A DNA stretch of 14,628 nucleotides from an uncultured Methanosarcinaceae archaeon (lineage in GTDB: Archaea > Halobacteriota > Methanosarcinia > Methanosarcinales > Methanosarcinaceae): positions 1-14,628 of the forward strand of contig CAVRJG010000025.1 in NCBI GenBank assembly GCA_963721455.1, written 5' to 3'. Shown in pieces: positions 9,190 through 14,628 of this stretch. Numbering within the stretch: position 1 is the stretch's first letter; each line of letters begins with the position of its first letter. The notes beneath the pieces are model-generated. The model had not been told where the DNA came from, ran no database searches, and was given only the letters and a program-made list of their open reading frames with translations. The position numbers were made by a program, and so were the translations under genes.

Positions 9190-9940
9190 ATTCGACAAGA
9201 GGCTATACTATGAATTGCGGAAACGCCACCCCCTCCATTTGAGGTAATCCTAATGTGACATGCATAAATGGTAACGTTTGTGTGTGAAGCTCACAGGACA
9301 ATATCAAGAAATCAAGGAGCCTGACTTTGATAATTGGTTAGGATAAGAATACTATGAAGAACATAAAGTGAACCATCGTAAAAATCGTGAAGTAGAATGA
9401 GCGAAAACAGGTTGACACGTTCAAACCAAAAGGTATAGAATCAGGCCATAATGGGTCTGCCGACATTATGGCAAATGGACAAACGGTTCTCGGTTTACAG
9501 ATGGCTTCTAAGGTATTCACATTATTCGTGGTATGGAACCTGCTAAACCCTAAATGCTCCCATAATGGGTAGGATTCTCGCGAAGGATGACGAAGGCATT
9601 GAGGGTAGAGGATTCAGTAAAAAGCGAATGCCAGCCTGTAATGGGCTGGATAGAGGTTCAAACTTTGCCTTGATCCGAAAGGATGCAGACTTACTGATGG
9701 TGTTTTCTTGTGTGAACGGAAACAAACTCACGAATGTAAGATACTCAAAGACACCTACAGGTGAGAGGCTTACAGACAGTTATGTTAGTGGACTGTTATC
9801 CGGAATCACAAAATCAGTTATGCACAATAACTGATGCCTGATACAGAAAAGGTTTGAAAACACTCGAGCCGTATGAAGGGAAACTTTCAAGTACGGTTCC
9901 TGGGGGAGAAAGGAGGAGTAATCCTCCCAACTTATCCGAC
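9190..9940 (+). ncRNA. ORF-less group II intron (IIB structure, probably chloroplast-like class), 751 nt
   Basis: DV GAGCCGTATGAAGGGAAACTTTCAAGTACGGTTC (9866-9899). DVI has a bulged A at 9934 and ends in GAC. The DI basal stem pairs 9195-9200 with 9706-9711. Ic1 has a GTAA loop and an AAGC bulge (9287-9290). Alpha (9234-9241) pairs with alpha' (9472-9479). EBS1 CTGCCG lies at 9457-9462. DII is 9712-9731, DIII 9735-9774, and DIV is only about 90 nt. Confidence 0.93.
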
Positions 9941-9950
9941 GTTAACGTAC

Positions 9951-10060
9951 TTATAGGTAGATATTTTCATATTTCTTTCCCATGAGACTCAATATTTTCC
10001 AGTGAATCTCCTCCATATTCAATATTTCTGACTCAATTTCCTCTTCTTTCTGAGTTAAGT
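9951..10060 (-). pseudogene. IS1634 transposase C-terminal fragment
   Basis: TQKEEEIESEILNMEEIHWKILSLMGKKYENIYL* matches the typical ..ILSL.G..Y..IY ending of IS1634 transposases. Confidence 0.8.
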
Positions 10061-10238
10061 GGCTCTTCGCTGTTTCGAGTGGGTAATTTACATCCATTTC
10101 TAACTATGGAAGTAGCATGCATAAAATTTAGAAACGTTTGTTGTTGAAAATCACAGTCAAGCTCGATGTTTTTCATTTTGGCCGGACAACTGTCTAACTA
10201 AGCAATTATTTTCAACCCATACAAAACAGCGAAGAGCC
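10061..10238. mobile_element. 178-bp MITE with perfect 15-bp TIRs (IS5-family-like ends)
   Basis: GGCTCTTCGCTGTTT (10061-10075) and AAACAGCGAAGAGCC (10224-10238). No coding capacity and no target-site duplication. Confidence 0.88.
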
Positions 10239-10611
10239 TGATATCATTACTTGCAAGAAGGAAAAGCCCCATTTTCTCCATTTCTTTCAAAATACAAGCA
10301 TCATTAACCTTTATGTTGCCTTCAATCCTGCAATATGTCTTTAATTTCTCATCTTTTGAAGGTCTGCCTCTTTTACCCGGTTCACGTTTATTAATGGCTT
10401 TTAAATCTACTTTATCAAACATGACAGAAGAGAATTCTTGAATCCATTTATCTGCAGCTTTTAATGCATCTTCTTCACAGAAGAAGTCCTCACCTTTCAG
10501 CTTTTTAAAAGACGTCTCTGCTTTTTCAAGCTTCTTTCTTAGAGTTTCCCCTTTCTTCTCTTTCATCTTATGAGAAAGCAACAAAGCCCACTTTTGTTTG
10601 ACTCCGCCATG
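10239..10611 (-). pseudogene. IS1634 transposase central fragment
   Basis: GGVKQKWALLLSHKMKEKK...FFCEEDALKAADKW...KRGRP...GLFLLASNDI carries IS1634 motifs. The N-terminus is missing, and the last 13 aa of the tracked ORF are read from the MITE. Confidence 0.88.
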
Positions 10612-10695
10612 AACGACCGGAAGATACTATGCATGTTGCCTTGGAATAGTACCAATCGATTAAGCACGGAATATCTATTAGCGTTGAAATAATTC

Positions 10696-12090
10696 TTATT
10701 TCCGCCAGCTCCTCTCCATTTTCTCGTACAGGCCAATTAAATTATTCCTTGTGATCTTGAAATAGGGGTGGTCGGGACCGTATTCTTTTTCGATTATGTC
10801 GAGGGCTTTTTCGTAGAGGTCGATTGCGGTTTCGTATTCGTCCATGCTTTCATGGAGGCCTGCGAGGTTGTTCAGGGTAGTGCCGACATCGGGATGGGTC
10901 GAGCCGAGGGTCGTTTCGTAGATCTTGAGGGCGCGGGTGTAGAAGGGGAGGGCTTTTTTGTGCTGGCCGAGGATTCTGTGGAGTTCGCCAAGGTTGTTCA
11001 GGGTCTTGGCAACGTCAGGATTGTCAGGGCCGAGGATACGCTCGCGGATTTCAAGGGCTCGCGTGTAGAGTTCAAGGGCTTTTTCGTGACGACCTTTCTG
11101 GACGTAGACGCCTGCCAGGTTGTTCAGGGTTGTGGCAAAACCCGTGTGTTCGGTTTTTCCGAGTTTTTCCATGATTTCCAGAGACCGGGTATAGAGGATC
11201 TGGGCTTTCTCATACCGTGTGGTCTGGAAATAGAGAAGGGCGAGATTGTTCAGGGTTTGCGCTACCTGCGGGTGCTCCGGGCCATACACCTTTTCCTGAA
11301 GCTTTAAAGCCTGCCCGTACCTGTCTTCAGCCTCCTCAAGTTTGCCCATTTCCGAGAGCAGGACACCCAGGTTATTCAGGGTCCCGGCTTTATATGACAT
11401 AACCCCGTGATTGTCAGGCTCCTGCTCCTGAAGCTTATCAAGAAATTCGAGAGCCCTGGTGAAGAGTTCCTCAGCCTTTTCGGGTTTTTCCATTCCCTTG
11501 TAAAAAAAAGCCATCCTGTTTAGGGTTCTGACAGCAGCAGGATTTTCCGGACTCAGAAATTTTTCCTGAATTTCCAGCGCCCGGCTATAGAATGAAAGGG
11601 CTTCTTCATGCCTGTTCATTAAATAGTAGAGAGTGCCCAGTTCACTGAGCGTATCCCCGGTCTCATGCCGTTTTTGTCCAGGGATATTTTCACGGGTCTT
11701 AAGTGCCCTGGAAAAAAGCCTGAGGGCCTCTTCATAGTTTCCCATATAGCGGTAAATTCCTGCAAGCCCATTCAGCGCAGTTGCAGTTTCCGGACTTTCA
11801 GGCCCGAGGTTCTTTTCCGCAATATCAAGCAGCTCTTCATACAGAGGCAACAGCATTTTCCAGGACCCTGACCTATAGAAAGGCTCGGCTTTGACGGTGA
11901 ACCAGCTTACCAGTTCCCCAGGCTCGATAACCTCTTTTGCATGCATAAAAGCCTCCTTTAAGGCTATCTCATCTCCCTCGGTAACGAGTTCCGGGTCCAG
12001 ATCTTTCAGCCGTTGTCCATACCTTTCAAGCATAACCCTGTGTTTTTCCGCTTTTTCTTCCACTTTTTTTTCTGCGTTTTTATCTTCCAT
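10696..12090 (-). CDS. Tetratricopeptide-repeat protein (42-aa kinesin-light-chain-type TPRs)
   Basis: Repeated HP.VA.TLNNLA.LY...G.YE.A..LY.RALEI.E..LG units. The frame stays open upstream to 12174, next to a strong SD, so the true start may lie further 5'. Confidence 0.95.
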   Translation of the reverse strand: MEDKNAEKKVEEKAEKHRVMLERYGQRLKDLDPELVTEGDEIALKEAFMHAKEVIEPGELVSWFTVKAEPFYRSGSWKMLLPLYEELLDIAEKNLGPESPETATALNGLAGIYRYMGNYEEALRLFSRALKTRENIPGQKRHETGDTLSELGTLYYLMNRHEEALSFYSRALEIQEKFLSPENPAAVRTLNRMAFFYKGMEKPEKAEELFTRALEFLDKLQEQEPDNHGVMSYKAGTLNNLGVLLSEMGKLEEAEDRYGQALKLQEKVYGPEHPQVAQTLNNLALLYFQTTRYEKAQILYTRSLEIMEKLGKTEHTGFATTLNNLAGVYVQKGRHEKALELYTRALEIRERILGPDNPDVAKTLNNLGELHRILGQHKKALPFYTRALKIYETTLGSTHPDVGTTLNNLAGLHESMDEYETAIDLYEKALDIIEKEYGPDHPYFKITRNNLIGLYEKMERSWRK

Positions 12091-12444
12091 CTCAACAGAG
12101 CTGCTTTCGGCAGGAACTCCTTCTTTTCCTGAAATTTCTTCTTTCTCTGAGTTTTTCCTGGAATTGATCGTAATTCACCCCTCCTTAATGAAAAGCAGGA
12201 TAATGAAGGTTTTTATTTGGAGATCTAACTGGATCTAACTCTAAATATTCCAGAGTGCTCCTATATTAAGTATTATAAGTTAGTAGTTATAATCCTGCAG
12301 ATTTGTAGTCTTAAACCTGCATGATTTTGTATGAATGTTATATGTCTTACATATCAGTAGTCAGGGTTGTGCAGGTTTGCAGGTTTAGAACTAAGCTTTG
12401 TTGTTTGTAGTTCTGGACATGGGGTCTGTTCGCGTGTCCTCTAT

Positions 12445-12496
12445 GTTACATGAAGAAGCATAAAACCCGTGGGCCTTTAGCTCAGGGGTAGTTCAC
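12445..12496 (+). mobile_element. IS200/IS605 (TnpB/IS1341-type) right-end remnant
   Basis: ...AAAACCCGTGGGCCTTTAGCTCAGGGGTAGTTCAC fits the characteristic right-end hairpin (CTTTAG loop region) ending in GTAGTTCAC. No tnpB ORF lies upstream. Confidence 0.65.
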
Positions 12497-12539
12497 CAGT
12501 TCAGTAATCTGCACGTCTGCTCTTTGCAAATCACTATTT

Positions 12540-12695
12540 AAATCCTCGTTTCGTCTGTGGCTTCACCCGATCTTCCAGGCAGGGGTCACAGATAAAAAGT
12601 ATGGGGCTTATTTGCTTGTGACCGCTTCCCGAACTCCTGGGGCATTGGACTCGTCACCCTGGAGCCAATCGGCATACCACCTTTCTCAAACTGTC
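12540..12695 (-). ncRNA. Structured small RNA candidate, resembling the Methanosarcina sRNA162-like family
   Basis: GC-rich non-coding island starting GTTTGAGAAAGGTGGTATGCCGATTGG. It has nested stems CCGA/TCGG, CTCC/GGAG and GGG/CCC, then GAAGC and a GGTCACA/TGTGACC hairpin. The family name is from recall only. Confidence 0.6.
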
Positions 12696-12766
12696 AAAAA
12701 CAACAGTATGGAACAAAAACAAATTTGAAACTAAACAAGAAAGAGTGGGGAAGAAGCTAAGAATAC

Positions 12767-12952
12767 TTACTGCCAGGACATCTTATCGAGAATCTTGATT
12801 AAATTACTTGCCTCATCAAAGGATAATTCAGGCCAGCTCTTTTCGTATTCACCACAATACTTACTAATTTTTTTATGCCTCTCCATGTACCGAAGAGACT
12901 TTACTACTAAATTTTTTTGCCTAATAGTCATCGAAGAATCTCTAAACTCCAT
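12767..12952 (-). CDS. Small hypothetical protein (61 aa)
   Basis: SD AAGGAG 6 nt before the ATG, an amphipathic C-terminal helix LSFDEASNLIKIL, a TATA-like TATATATA at ~13055-13062 and a T-rich tract downstream. Confidence 0.65.
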   Translation of the reverse strand: MEFRDSSMTIRQKNLVVKSLRYMERHKKISKYCGEYEKSWPELSFDEASNLIKILDKMSWQ

Positions 12953-13420
12953 AAAATACTCCTTAGATCATGCCTTCATTTTTCAGTATTCTGTAGCTGT
13001 AATCAATCAAAAATCCGGAAACATTAAAAACGTTATACTTTTTGATTGTGATCTATATATATAGCTCACACTATATATACATACCTTACGAGGATATATT
13101 TATTGGATATAAATACCAATATATTCCTGTATTTTTATATGAAATACTCCTGACATTATAACCTAATTTGACAGATTCTGCTAATTAATACAGTATTTTC
13201 TTACAAAAAACACATTTCATCGACACATTACCTCTATGTAATATGAAAAATATCAAAAATCAATAAACATGAGATATATATTTGAATTGTATGAAGAAAA
13301 CAGAGGTAAGAAGCCCATTTATATATTATAAAATATATGCTTCTGTTAAATTAGGTTAAAAAAATAGAACGGGAGGAATAAACAGAGCTTGCAGAGTGGA
13401 GATCAAAGAGAAGATTAATT

Positions 13421-13607
13421 GGTCATCGGTTAACGAATTTTATGCACAACTTCGAATACCACGTATAGCGATTTTCCAACATAATTCTTAGATATATTAC
13501 ATAGAAAATAAGACTTATTGGGGGTTTGCACCTTAACTGGATCCATATGAATTTTTATTAATATTATAAAAATAGAGAAGAGATTATCTAATGGTTAACC
13601 GATGACG
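13421..13607. mobile_element. 187-bp MITE with 14-bp TIRs, flanked by AATT on both sides
   Basis: GGTCATCGGTTAAC (13421-13434) and GTTAACCGATGACG (13594-13607, one terminal mismatch). AATT at 13417-13420 and 13608-13611. A second partial copy lies at 4218-4353. Confidence 0.88.
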
Positions 13608-13611
13608 AATT

Positions 13612-13958
13612 ATAACTCTTTTAGTTGTCTTTCTGGATTATCTGCGAAGCCTTTCAGAGCCTCAGTTCCGCGGGAATACACAACCACCGACTTATCCTGA
13701 AAGTCGAGCTTTGATCTATTGTATAGATCTTGACAACTCAAATAAGGGCAAGCCGGCAGAGAGACGTTGGTGTATGGGAAGATTAATATGCTGTGCAAGG
13801 AAGCAGGTATATATAAAAAGAAGGCAGGTACACTTGCAAACGTATCAAACTATCTTCGGCACAAAAATTTTGCAATGACTATGCTTTATGTGAAGATATC
13901 GACTGTAGATATACAAAAATAGATGGATGAAGTAGGCGGTCCTATACTGGATAAATAA
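13612..13958 (+). pseudogene. Tyrosine recombinase/integrase C-terminal remnant
   Basis: LDYLRS...PESRALI...SNKGKP, then a frameshift, then RETLVYGKINMLCKEAGIYKKKAGTLANVSNYLRHKNFAMTMLYVKISTVDIQK*MDEVGGPILDK*. L.H....T..Y matches the catalytic-Tyr box. The H-x-x-R box is missing. Confidence 0.65.
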
Positions 13959-14042
13959 CGAGTGTTACATGATATTGTTTTTTATATCGCTTTATATCCT
14001 TAAGATGATTGTGTTTTATTGGATTGCGAAAAGAATACTTAG

Positions 14043-14557
14043 GTGGAGAAAAAAGAGGCGAGGGTAGAATTGGATTTTGAAGCTGACATAATGCTAACAG
14101 TGAGGCGCAAAGATCCAACGTTGAAACTGTGTCGAAAGTAAAAGATTCCTACATCCATGTGACTAGTCTGAGCTTGCGAACTGCGCCTATCAGCACTGAA
14201 GGTCCTGTCAGCCTGGCAACAGGCACACCCTGGAGGAAAAGCAATTATTTTTGTCATTGCAGACTGTGGAGAATGTCCAGGCAATCATCCTTTTTGAATA
14301 TACATAATATGAATAACCTTTTTGTCTAAAAAATGTCAATATCCAGCGGGAGATTAACACAATTCTCTTTCTACAGATGGGATTTTCATGCACATTCTGG
14401 ACACTTTTTTGATCCTGAGAGAAAGGGCAAGACCAGGCCAATTTATAGGCTTGAATTGGAAGAAAAGAGAGATTTAAGCCCGGTGGCACCGGAATTTTTA
14501 GCTCTTTTGAGGCAGCTGAAAGACAGTCAGGAAATTTCAGAGAGATTGGCGGAATAG
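14043..14557 (+). pseudogene. Probable decayed gene of unknown family
   Basis: Successive short protein-like segments in different frames: VEKKEARVELDFEADIMLTVRRKD, ALKVLSAWQQAHPGGKAIIFVIADCGEC and FDPERKGKTRPIYRLELEEKRDLSPVAPEFLALLRQLKD. Confidence 0.3.
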
Positions 14558-14628
14558 CGAGAGGGCGAAGGCCTTAACCCTATTACCAGAATCCCACCAT
14601 GTTTTTAGCTCCGGGTGATTCAATTGCT

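Larger units (their letters stand above)
9176..10611 (-). mobile_element. IS1634-family element remnant (right end plus 3' half of the transposase), interrupted by a group II intron and a MITE
   Basis: The terminal sequence CCTGCATTCGGCAG (9176-9189) is of the IS1634 IR type. Removing the intron puts it 10 nt after the transposase stop. Transposase fragments lie at 10239-10611 and 9951-10060. Confidence 0.8.

Noticed and set aside
9253-9290. ATGTG or GTGTG as the intron 5' end
   Set aside because: These bases form the Ic1 stem. EBS1/IBS1, alpha-alpha' and the DI basal stem all require a start at 9190.
9565-9834. 89-aa ORF and the opposite-strand ORFs 9338-9520 and 9543-9731
   Set aside because: They lie inside intron RNA domains I-IV and have no RT motifs, so the sequence is explained by RNA structure.
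10768-12238. Plus-strand ORFs antisense to the TPR gene
   Set aside because: They are shadow frames of a repetitive, GC-richer gene and show no recognisable motifs.
12541-12582. Hammerhead ribozyme suggested by GACGAAAC on the minus strand
   Set aside because: There is no CUGANGA core in the right position.
13920-13922. In-frame TAG as pyrrolysine readthrough
   Set aside because: It lies in a fragment that is already frameshifted and deleted, so a nonsense mutation is the simpler explanation.

Overview
AT-rich archaeal DNA, very likely Methanosarcina, judged from the PGF-pre-PGF/PGF-CTERM surface protein, the kinesin-light-chain-like TPR protein, the IS1634 remnant and the group II intron type. 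Intact-looking genes: a small Lys-rich repeat protein (-), a stand-alone IS1 InsA-like zinc-ribbon/HTH protein, a secreted Ig-like protein, a DUF1015 protein, a DUF1328/UPF0391 membrane peptide missed by the ORF track, a NosD-PKD-PGF cell-surface protein, a TPR protein (-) and a 61-aa small protein (-). The main feature is a nested mobile-element structure at 9176-10611. An ORF-less group IIB intron (9190-9940) with domains I-VI and an EBS1 complementary to its 5' exon sits antisense between the stop codon and the terminal inverted repeat of a decayed IS1634 element, and that element's transposase is also interrupted by a 178-bp MITE. The window also holds a second MITE family in two inverted copies 9 kb apart, an IS200/IS605 right-end remnant, a structured sRNA candidate, a tyrosine-recombinase pseudogene, an Ig-like (Big_5) pseudogene and several short tandem or REP-like repeats. 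Family assignments come from motif recognition by eye, with no database searches.
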